A stretch of 64,000 bases of DNA from Acidimicrobiia bacterium (GTDB lineage: Bacteria; Actinomycetota; Acidimicrobiia; Acidimicrobiales; JANYDT01): contig JANOYY010000049.1 of NCBI GenBank assembly GCA_031429095.1, positions 9,712 through 73,711 on the forward strand. The letters are read 5' to 3'. A program made the translations under genes and the position numbers. The notes below the pieces were generated by a model. The model saw nothing but the letters and a program-made list of their open reading frames with translations. It was not told the DNA's origin and did no database searches. Numbering within the stretch: the first letter of the stretch is position 1; every line of letters starts with the position of its first letter. Below are positions 53,085-61,272 of this stretch, piece after piece.

Positions 53085-54973
53085 CGGGCACCGACCGCTT
53101 CCACGGCTCCGTCATCATCGGCCGACCGCAGAAACTGAGTTTCGTAAAGGTCGCGGTAGAGGCCATCACGGTTCACCAAGTCATCATGGCGGCCACGCTC
53201 CACGATCTGCCCGCCGTCGATGACCAAAATTTCGTCGGCCGCCTGAATCGTGGAAAGGCGATGTGCGATCACCAACGATGTTCGCCCGAGAAGCGCGGTC
53301 GAAAGCGCGCCCTGTATTTGTACTTCCGTCTCGGAGTCGAGATGCGCGGTGGCCTCATCGAGAATGACAAGCCGCGGGTTCTTCAACAACACCCGGGCGA
53401 GCGCCAAACGTTGCTTCTCCCCGCCGGAAAGTCGGTACCCTCGTTCGCCCACTGTCGTGTCGTAGCCGTCGGGCAACGAGTCGAGCAGTTCGTGGATTTG
53501 GGCCGCCTTGGCCGCAGCCTGCAGTTCCTCGAGCGTGGCATCGGGCTTGGCGTAGCGAAGGTTGGCGGCAATGGAATCATGGAATAGATGCGCATCTTGG
53601 CTGACCACCCCAACCGTGTCACGAATCGACTGGCCCAGCAGTTCGCGTACGTCGGTACCGTCGAGGAGGAGCGTCCCTTCAGTAACGTCGTACAAACGAG
53701 TCACCAAAGAAGCGAGCGTCGACTTTCCCGCGCCGCTCGGACCTACCACTGCCGTCATGGTGCCGGGCTCTATGGCAAAGTCCAAACCCCGCAAAACCCA
53801 GCCCGACGGATCGTTGGCATGCGCTGGCGCGCCGGTTTCGAGCGATGGGACCGATACATCGGATCCACCCGGGTAACGGAACCAAAGATCACGGGCCTCC
53901 ACACGAAGCCCGACGCCCGGAGCCGCCGCCGGAAGCGGTTTCGCATCGGACCGTTCGGCCACCGAGATTGGGGCATCGAGCACCTCGAAGACCCGCTCGA
54001 AACTGACGAATGCCGTCACGAACTCGATGCGTGCCGACGCCAACTCCGTCAGCGGACTGTAGAGCCGTTGGACCAGTGTCGCTAATGCAACAACTGTGCC
54101 CAGCTGCATCGTTCCACGAAGCACTTCACGGGCACCCCAGTAGTAGGCCAGCACAGATGCAAGCGCGCTTACCAATGACATTGCGATCATCATCGGCATG
54201 CCCGCCATAGCTCGGCGCACGCCGACCTTGGCCACATCGTCTGCGGCCAGAGCAAACTGGTTCGACTCGATATCGGGTCGGCCGAAGAGCTTCACTAACA
54301 AGGCACCCGAAACGTTGAACCGCTCAGTCATGACGGAGTTCATCGCCGCGTTCTTGTTCATCTGTTCGCGGGCGATCCGCTGCGTGATAGCACCAGCCTT
54401 CTTGGACAACCAGATCAGGAGCGGTACCGCGAGAAGGGACACGACGGTGATCTTCCAGGAGAGCTTGATCATGTACACCAGGGTGAAAATCACCGTGAGC
54501 AGGTTGAACATCAACGTCCGCAAGATGAACGTGTAGGCAGCCTGCGCACCGACGACGTCGGAATTGACGCGGCTCATGAGAGCGCCCGTCTGCGTCCGAG
54601 TGAAGAACGCGATCGGAAGCTTCTGAATGTGGTCGTATAGCGCCTTGCGAAGCTCCGCGATCACACCCTCGCCCACCACCGAGGAGCTGTACCGAAGCAC
54701 AACTCCGAGCAGCGCGTTCGCTACCGCTGCAATGACAGCGAAAACCGTCAGCCGAAGGAGCAACCCGCGATCGCCCTTTGGAATAGCCTCATCGATGATC
54801 TGTTTGAAGATCGCGGCAGGCACGATTCCGAGCAGGGCCTGAAACGCCACGGCAAACAGATAGACACCCATCTGCTGGCGGAACTTGCGCCCTAGCAGCC
54901 AAGCCCGACGGACGACAGCTCGATCGATTTTCGTCCCTTTTGGCGGGAGCATTCCTGGATGAATCATGTGCAC
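53081..54973 (-). CDS. ABC exporter, fused permease and ATPase
   Basis: TMD then GPSGAGKS, LSGGEKQR, ILDEAT, IAHRLST. Confidence 0.95.
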   Translation of the reverse strand: MHMIHPGMLPPKGTKIDRAVVRRAWLLGRKFRQQMGVYLFAVAFQALLGIVPAAIFKQIIDEAIPKGDRGLLLRLTVFAVIAAVANALLGVVLRYSSSVVGEGVIAELRKALYDHIQKLPIAFFTRTQTGALMSRVNSDVVGAQAAYTFILRTLMFNLLTVIFTLVYMIKLSWKITVVSLLAVPLLIWLSKKAGAITQRIAREQMNKNAAMNSVMTERFNVSGALLVKLFGRPDIESNQFALAADDVAKVGVRRAMAGMPMMIAMSLVSALASVLAYYWGAREVLRGTMQLGTVVALATLVQRLYSPLTELASARIEFVTAFVSFERVFEVLDAPISVAERSDAKPLPAAAPGVGLRVEARDLWFRYPGGSDVSVPSLETGAPAHANDPSGWVLRGLDFAIEPGTMTAVVGPSGAGKSTLASLVTRLYDVTEGTLLLDGTDVRELLGQSIRDTVGVVSQDAHLFHDSIAANLRYAKPDATLEELQAAAKAAQIHELLDSLPDGYDTTVGERGYRLSGGEKQRLALARVLLKNPRLVILDEATAHLDSETEVQIQGALSTALLGRTSLVIAHRLSTIQAADEILVIDGGQIVERGRHDDLVNRDGLYRDLYETQFLRSADDDGAVEAVGAR

Positions 54974-55084
54974 GGTGTTCTCCAGGTTACCGGCGCCCTC
55001 AACAAAAGCGTTCCGAACCCACCCTCACACCCGAGCGAACCCAGCGCTCGACTCACCGCGGCCGCCCGGCGTACCATTGCACCT

Positions 55085-55858
55085 GTGAACCACCCACCAC
55101 TTCATTCGACCGACACGCCCACCGAAACCGGCACCGTCGAAGAGATTCGGCTTCAGCGTCGACGTGATACCGCGATTGGCTACCGCATCTTTGGGGCCTA
55201 CGGTTGGGGTTCCACTGGCGACGGTCATATCAGCGCACGTGACCCTGAGCTCAAGGACCATTTCTGGCTCGCCCGCTACGGTGTTGCGTTTGCGCACATG
55301 ACTCTCAACGACATCGTGCTTGTAGGACCAAACGGGAACGTGGTCGACGCCCCGGGCGGCATCGATACCGGCATCAACCCCGCCGCCTACCTGATTCACT
55401 GGCCCATCCACGAAGCAAAGCCGGAGATCGTTGCCGCTGCGCACACCCACACGGGATACGGCACACCGCTGTCGGCCCGTAGGGAGCGGATCCTCCCGAT
55501 CTCCCAAGAAGCGTGCGCCTTCTTCGAAGACCACGAAATCTTCGACGACGAAGAGCTCGACATCATCAGCCTCGACGGCGGAAAGCGCATCGCCGCAGCG
55601 CTGGGCAGTGCCCGTCACGCCATCCTCGCCAACCACGGGCTCCTCACCACGGGGCAAAGCGTCGGCGAAGCAGTTGGCTTCTTCGTCACCATGGAACGAG
55701 TCGCCGAAGCGCAGATGAAGGCCGGCGACGGCGCCAAAGCGATCTCCGACGACGGTGCCCGCGCGGTCAAGCGATCCGTTGGCCCCGGTGCGTCCGGATG
55801 GCATCAGTTCCAGTGGTTGGCCCGACGCCACGTGCCTGAGCTCAGCGTCCTCGGCTGA
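55085..55858 (+). CDS. Class II aldolase/adducin family protein
   Basis: GHISARDP, INPAA..IH, AHTH, ANHG; start uncertain. Confidence 0.9.
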   Translation: MNHPPLHSTDTPTETGTVEEIRLQRRRDTAIGYRIFGAYGWGSTGDGHISARDPELKDHFWLARYGVAFAHMTLNDIVLVGPNGNVVDAPGGIDTGINPAAYLIHWPIHEAKPEIVAAAHTHTGYGTPLSARRERILPISQEACAFFEDHEIFDDEELDIISLDGGKRIAAALGSARHAILANHGLLTTGQSVGEAVGFFVTMERVAEAQMKAGDGAKAISDDGARAVKRSVGPGASGWHQFQWLARRHVPELSVLG

Positions 55859-55889
55859 TCCTCGCTGATCCTCGGCTGATCCTCGCTGA
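55848..55889. repeat. 10/11-bp tandem repeat x4 at the aldolase stop
   Basis: (TCCTCG(G)CTGA)n. Confidence 0.8.
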
Positions 55890-55914
55890 AAAAGGTGAAC
55901 CAGCTGGACGAGGT

Positions 55915-56077
55915 GACATGCAGGCAGGCTCACTGACCGGCCAGGTCTTCTGAATCAGGTCCAAACGCGACTCCCAGATCGCGGCGGGGCCTTTACTTTG
56001 CTTGCAGAGGGGCCGATGTCTCATCTACAGGCCACGTTCAGGCCGCGAACCATCGTGGGTTGGTTTCCTGGCGTGAC
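55915..56077 (+). ncRNA. Candidate 6S-like structured RNA (strand tentative)
   Basis: Nested pairings CATGCAGG/CCTGGCGTG, GGCTCAC/GTGGGTT, CGGCC/GGCCG, TGAAT/GTTCA, GGTC/GGCC, an asymmetric internal bubble and a terminal GGCC hairpin. Confidence 0.45.
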
Positions 56078-56143
56078 AGGTGTACTAGCGTCGCTTATCC
56101 CCATAAAACGCGATCGTGGGGATACGAGAGGAGACCGCAGATA

Positions 56144-58429
56144 GTGGCTGCCCATCCTGAATTTGAGGCGGAACAGGCGCACATCACTCGCGCGTACGAC
56201 TGCCTGGACCAAATGCGTACTTCGGCGCGACTTCTCCAACACTCCATCGAAGCGGACTCGGGGGGCACCCACCAGGCGCGGCTGGAACGCGATGTCGTCG
56301 AGGAAAAGGCACTCGGACGTCTCTCCAAGTTGCAGTTGGGCAGCGAATCTCTTGTGTTCGGACGCATCGACCGCAAAGGAAACGACGGCCCCGACTCGGG
56401 CGAACGCTTCTACATCGGCCGCCTCCCCGTTTCCGACAGGCAACAGAACCCAATCGTTATCGACTGGCGCGCTCCGGTCGCCGAAGCGTTCTACCGGGCA
56501 ACCGGCCGCAAACCTCTGGGCCTGGAACGACGCCGCCATTTCGCCACCGAAGAATCCAATCTCATCGGCATCGACGACGAGGTGTTCGACATCGAACGGT
56601 TGGAGTCGACCCAGACCGGACTTGTCGGAACCGGCGCCCTCCTTGCTGCACTCGGACGGGCCCGCAGCGGCCACATGCGAGACATCGTCGCCACGATCCA
56701 GTCCGAGCAAGACGAAATCATCCGCGGCGACCTCCAGGGCATCCTCGTCGTGCAGGGCGGACCGGGCACGGGGAAGACCGCGGTCGCCCTTCATCGTGCG
56801 TCATATCTCCTCTACACACATCGTTTCCCCCTCGAACGCCAAGGTGTGCTCGTCGTCGGACCGAACCGAACCTTCATCCGCTACATAGCCCGCGTCCTTC
56901 CCGCCCTCGGCGAAACCGGCGTCGACCTGGCTGGAATCGACGACCTGTACAGCGACGTGACACCGAGCGCGCTGGAATCGCATCGTGTTGCGCGGGTCAA
57001 GGGCGACATCCGTATGACCAAGGTGGTCCGACGTGGCGTGTCGACTCGCCAACGCGGCATGCGCGACGGGCTGACCGTGGGGTTTGGGCTGGTGAACCTG
57101 ACAGTGACGGCCGCCGAAACCGCCGAACTCGTGGCGATCGTCAAACGCTCGCATCGTGTGCATAACGCGTCGCGCAAGCACCTCCAATCCATCCTTATCG
57201 AACGGCTCTATCAGCGGTACCGAGAGGCCATGGCCCGAAAAGGACTCGTCGTGGTGGGCGAAGGAGTCCAACCGTTCGAAGACGTTGCGGATCAGCTCAA
57301 GCGTCACCCCGATGTGAAGTTGGCCCTTGATCGCATGTGGCCGTTGCTCTCGCCGCAAATGCTGCTGCGCGACCTGTTCTCTAAACCGGCGCTCATCGCT
57401 GCGGCGTCGCGCGACATCCTCGACGAATCCGAACAACGGTGCCTGGTTCGAGACCGGGGCGACTCGCTCGACGACGTCGCCTGGACATCATCGGACATTC
57501 CGCTCCTCGATGAAGCAGGGCAACTGCTTGGACCCCTCCCGAAACAAGGAACCCTTATTGGTGTGGACGGCGTCGTGATCGCGCACGTCGATGAGGGAAT
57601 CCGCACCTACGGTCACATTGTGATCGACGAAACCCAGGACCTCAGCCCCATGCAACTTCGTATGGTGTCTCGACGCTCACTCGGCGGCTCGATGACCATC
57701 GTCGGCGACATCGGCCAAGCTACCGGCATGTGGGCCCCCGACAGTTGGGACCAGATCCTGTCGTACCTTCCGACCCGAATGGGCCGCAAACCGCCCCGCC
57801 AGGTCGAACTCACCGTTGGATACCGCACACCGGCCGAGATCATGGCCGTTGCCGCGAAGGTGCTAGCCGTTGCGGCACCTGAACTGACCGTGCCTCGATC
57901 CGTGCGTTCCGTCGGTTACGAGCCCCTCGCCTTTGCCGCGACGTCACAGACGCTGATTCCGACCGTCGTCGAGCAGGTCAACAAGATGCGCGACCGCCTC
58001 GTCGAGGGAACGATCGGGATCTTGTGCCCCGATGATCGCGTCGACGAGATCCACGCCGATCTGCAAGCCGCCGGCATTACGTTCGAACCGATCGGCGGTA
58101 ACGGGGATGGAGCGGCAGTGCTCGGCGTACGGATGGCTAAGGGGCTTGAGTTCGACGGGGTGATCCTCGTCGAACCGGCGATCGTCGCCGAAGAGAGCGC
58201 CCAGGGCCTGCGCGCCCTCTTCGTGGCCATCACCCGTCCAACGCGGGCGCTGACAATCGTCCATTCACTGCCACTTCCGCCGTGCATCACCGACGCATTC
58301 GACGACGAAGGTCGGGCCATGGACGCAGCCGCGAAGCCACCCGCTTCATCGCCGACTCCGCGCGTCGTTCCGCTGGCCGAACCGGTCGGCGTTTCTGTGA
58401 CGCCGACCGAACCGGGACGGCTGTTCTAA
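56144..58429 (+). CDS. helD: HelD-like RNA polymerase recycling helicase/ATPase
   Basis: FGRID, YIGR, IDWRAP, RDIVATIQ.EQD, GGPGTGKT.VALHR, DETQD, KGLEFD; TAGCGT -10 at 56086. Confidence 0.85.
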   Translation: MAAHPEFEAEQAHITRAYDCLDQMRTSARLLQHSIEADSGGTHQARLERDVVEEKALGRLSKLQLGSESLVFGRIDRKGNDGPDSGERFYIGRLPVSDRQQNPIVIDWRAPVAEAFYRATGRKPLGLERRRHFATEESNLIGIDDEVFDIERLESTQTGLVGTGALLAALGRARSGHMRDIVATIQSEQDEIIRGDLQGILVVQGGPGTGKTAVALHRASYLLYTHRFPLERQGVLVVGPNRTFIRYIARVLPALGETGVDLAGIDDLYSDVTPSALESHRVARVKGDIRMTKVVRRGVSTRQRGMRDGLTVGFGLVNLTVTAAETAELVAIVKRSHRVHNASRKHLQSILIERLYQRYREAMARKGLVVVGEGVQPFEDVADQLKRHPDVKLALDRMWPLLSPQMLLRDLFSKPALIAAASRDILDESEQRCLVRDRGDSLDDVAWTSSDIPLLDEAGQLLGPLPKQGTLIGVDGVVIAHVDEGIRTYGHIVIDETQDLSPMQLRMVSRRSLGGSMTIVGDIGQATGMWAPDSWDQILSYLPTRMGRKPPRQVELTVGYRTPAEIMAVAAKVLAVAAPELTVPRSVRSVGYEPLAFAATSQTLIPTVVEQVNKMRDRLVEGTIGILCPDDRVDEIHADLQAAGITFEPIGGNGDGAAVLGVRMAKGLEFDGVILVEPAIVAEESAQGLRALFVAITRPTRALTIVHSLPLPPCITDAFDDEGRAMDAAAKPPASSPTPRVVPLAEPVGVSVTPTEPGRLF

Positions 58430-58446
58430 GAGGTTTGGCTCCTCTC

Positions 58447-58836
58447 ATGACCCCCGACGAACTTCCGCCCGGCGCACTCGCCTTCATGACCGCTCCTGGG
58501 CTTGCGACGCTCACCACCATCAGGGCCGATGGCACTCCCCACGTCGTCCCCGTGGGATACACCTATGACGAGGCCGCAAAGGTCGTCCGGGTGATCTGCA
58601 GCGACGGCACCCAAAAGGTCATGAATGCGCAACAGGGCGGCCGCGCAGTCGTGTGCCAAGTCGACGGCGCCCACTGGATCTCGCTCGAAGGTCGCGTTCG
58701 GGTGGTCCGAGACCCCAACACGATTGCCGATGCCTGCGATCGTTACTCCCGTCGGTACCGGCCACCTCGCGACAATCCCGGCCGCGTTGCCATCGAAATC
58801 ACCGTCGATCGAGTCCTCGGACGCTTTCCCGACTAG
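58447..58836 (+). CDS. Pyridoxamine 5'-phosphate oxidase-like (F420-dependent PPOX class) protein
   Basis: ATLTT.RADGTPHVVPV, QVDG..W.SLEG, RY. Confidence 0.85.
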   Translation: MTPDELPPGALAFMTAPGLATLTTIRADGTPHVVPVGYTYDEAAKVVRVICSDGTQKVMNAQQGGRAVVCQVDGAHWISLEGRVRVVRDPNTIADACDRYSRRYRPPRDNPGRVAIEITVDRVLGRFPD

Positions 58837-58984
58837 CTTCGACCGAAGCCGCAACGGCGCGCGTTTTCGGGGTGCTTCAGAAGCCGCTATCCTTGTCAGG
58901 CTTTCGTCCGTGGTCCTCAACGGGGCTCGGACAGCTGCTCCTTCGGTACTTTGCCCGAAGTCGTCATAGAGAGAGTGTTGCGCC

Positions 58985-59434
58985 GTGCGTACGTTCAGCC
59001 CCAAACAATCCGACATCACCCGTGCCTGGCTCGAGGTCGACGCCACGGGGATGACCCTTGGTCGTTTGGCCACTGAGGTGGCAGCGCGACTACGCGGCAA
59101 GCACAAGGTGATTTTTTCACCACATGTCGACACCGGCGACCACATCATCATCGTGAATGCCGACAAGATCGCTCTCGATATCAAAAAGGGCGCACAGAAG
59201 CGCTACTACCGGCATTCCGGTTACCCGGGTGGGCTTACCAGCCGCACGTACACGGAGTTGCTCGAAACGAAACCGGATGAGATGGTGCGTATCTCAGTTC
59301 GCGGAATGCTCCCCCACAACACGCTGGGCCGTCAGATGCTTTCAAAGCTCAAGGTCTACGCCGGTCCCGAGCATCCGCACATCGCTCAAAACCCAACGAA
59401 GATCGATTTCCCACAAGCCCGTAAGGGCTCCTGA
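58985..59434 (+). CDS. rplM: 50S ribosomal protein L13
   Basis: LGRLA..LRGKHK..PHVDTGD, HSGYPGGL, GMLP. Confidence 0.99.
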   Translation: MRTFSPKQSDITRAWLEVDATGMTLGRLATEVAARLRGKHKVIFSPHVDTGDHIIIVNADKIALDIKKGAQKRYYRHSGYPGGLTSRTYTELLETKPDEMVRISVRGMLPHNTLGRQMLSKLKVYAGPEHPHIAQNPTKIDFPQARKGS

Positions 59435-59471
59435 GCAACCGCGCCTGTCACGAAAGAATTAGGAACACACG

Positions 59472-59864
59472 ATGTCAAAGCCACTCGTTCAGGCCACCGG
59501 TCGCCGTAAGCGTGCCGTAGCTCGCGTCAGCCTTCGGGCCGGCAGCGGAAAGATCACTATCAACGGCCGCACCCTTGAGGAGTACATCCCCTCGGAACTG
59601 CTCCGCATGATCGCAACTGAGCCGCTTAAGGTCACCGAAACCTCTGAAACCTACGACATCGACGTCACGATGGACGGAGGCGGTATCTCGGGTCAGGCCG
59701 GCGCCCTTCGTCTCGGCATCGCGCGTGCGCTTATCGACCTCGATGTTGAGCGTCGACCATCGCTCAAGAAGGCTGGCTTTTTGACCCGTGACGATCGCAA
59801 GAAGGAATCGAAGAAGTATGGCCTGAAGAAGGCACGTAAGGCTCCCCAGTACTCGAAGCGCTAA
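59472..59864 (+). CDS. rpsI: 30S ribosomal protein S9
   Basis: [31 protein letters not shown]. Confidence 0.99.
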   Translation: MSKPLVQATGRRKRAVARVSLRAGSGKITINGRTLEEYIPSELLRMIATEPLKVTETSETYDIDVTMDGGGISGQAGALRLGIARALIDLDVERRPSLKKAGFLTRDDRKKESKKYGLKKARKAPQYSKR

Positions 59865-59908
59865 CGAGCGCTCAGTTTCATCGGCTCTCGGGCCGATAGC
59901 GAACATCT

Positions 59909-61252
59909 ATGAGTCTGCAATTTGGCACCGATGGTGTACGTGGAGTGGCAAACAGCGAACTGACGCCCGAATTCGTCACCGCACTCGCCCGCGCCGCCGC
60001 ACGGGTGCTGGGGGGAACGTCGGTCCTGGTCGGACGAGATACTCGCCGATCAGGTTCACTGCTGCTCGCCGCGCTCACGGCCGGCTTTTGCGGTGAAGGC
60101 GTGGACGTCATCGACCTCGGTGTGCTCCCGACGCCGGCGGTCGCCCACGCTGCCGTTGCTCGAGGCAGCGTCGCCGCAATGATTTCTGCGTCACACAATC
60201 CCTTCGAAGACAACGGCATCAAGTTCTTCATGGCGGGGGGGCGCAAGCTCGACGACGCGATCGAAGGGAGGATTGAAGCCGCACTCCATGCGATATTGGA
60301 GGGCGAGAGCGCGAGTGCTACAACTCCCATCGGTACACAGGTCGGTCAGGCATCGGTCGATCTTTCTGTCCTCGAGGACTACATGGCGTCTGTCACCGCC
60401 GTTCTCGAAGGACGTCGTCTCAACGGAATGCGGGTGGTTCTGGACTGCGCGAACGGAGCAACGTCAACGGCAGCACCCGAAGTGTTCCGCCGACTCGGTG
60501 CATCCGTAACGGTCATCCACGCGTCGCCGAATGGCACCAACATCAACGCTGATTGTGGATCGACGCACCCAGCCAGTCTTCAGGGGGCGGTTCGAGCGTC
60601 GAATGCCGACCTCGGCTTCGCCTTCGATGGCGATGCCGACCGCATGCTCGCCGTCGACCACAACGGCGAACTCGTTGATGGTGACCAACTCATGGCGATG
60701 ATGGCGCTCGACATGCGCTCGCGAAACCGCCTGGCCGCCGACACCGTCGTCGTGACCGTGATGACAAACCTCGGTTTCAAACTCGCGATGCGCGACGCCG
60801 GTGTCAACGTGGTCGAGACGAAAGTCGGCGATCGATACGTTCTCGAATCGATCGAGGAAAACGGCTACAGCCTCGGCGGCGAGCAGTCGGGCCACCTGAT
60901 TCTTCGAGATCACGCGACAACCGGCGATGGCACGCTCGCCGCCGTGGTCATTGCAGACCTCGTACAACGATCGGGCAAGCCTCTCGAAATGCATGCCGCC
61001 ACGATGACTCGGTTGCCGCAAGTACTGAAGAACGTGAAAGGTGTCGACCGCTCACGGCTCGACACGGCGACAGAACTCTGGGACGAAGTTCGCTCCATCG
61101 AGGAAAGCTTTGCCGGGCAGGGACGGGTGCTGATTCGCCCCAGCGGCACCGAAGCTCTCATCCGGGTCATGGTCGAGGCAGCGACTCCGGAGTTGGCGAC
61201 CTCAGCGTGCGACCGTCTTTGCGATACGGTCATCCGTACCCTCGCCCTCTAA
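59909..61252 (+). CDS. glmM: Phosphoglucosamine mutase
   Basis: FGTDGVRG, ISASHNP, DGDADR, GGEQSGH, RPSGTE; follows rpsI. Confidence 0.97.
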   Translation: MSLQFGTDGVRGVANSELTPEFVTALARAAARVLGGTSVLVGRDTRRSGSLLLAALTAGFCGEGVDVIDLGVLPTPAVAHAAVARGSVAAMISASHNPFEDNGIKFFMAGGRKLDDAIEGRIEAALHAILEGESASATTPIGTQVGQASVDLSVLEDYMASVTAVLEGRRLNGMRVVLDCANGATSTAAPEVFRRLGASVTVIHASPNGTNINADCGSTHPASLQGAVRASNADLGFAFDGDADRMLAVDHNGELVDGDQLMAMMALDMRSRNRLAADTVVVTVMTNLGFKLAMRDAGVNVVETKVGDRYVLESIEENGYSLGGEQSGHLILRDHATTGDGTLAAVVIADLVQRSGKPLEMHAATMTRLPQVLKNVKGVDRSRLDTATELWDEVRSIEESFAGQGRVLIRPSGTEALIRVMVEAATPELATSACDRLCDTVIRTLAL

Positions 61253-61272
61253 AATCGCGAAACGAGCGAGAC

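Noticed and set aside
55985-56015. Rifamycin-associated element upstream of helD (HelR resistance gene)
   Set aside because: The GGCC-bounded repeat is longer and imperfect compared with the short RAE palindrome, and fits better as the tip of the larger RNA hairpin.
58900-58984. L13 leader regulatory RNA
   Set aside because: Two plausible hairpins, but nothing beyond position supports a call without alignment.
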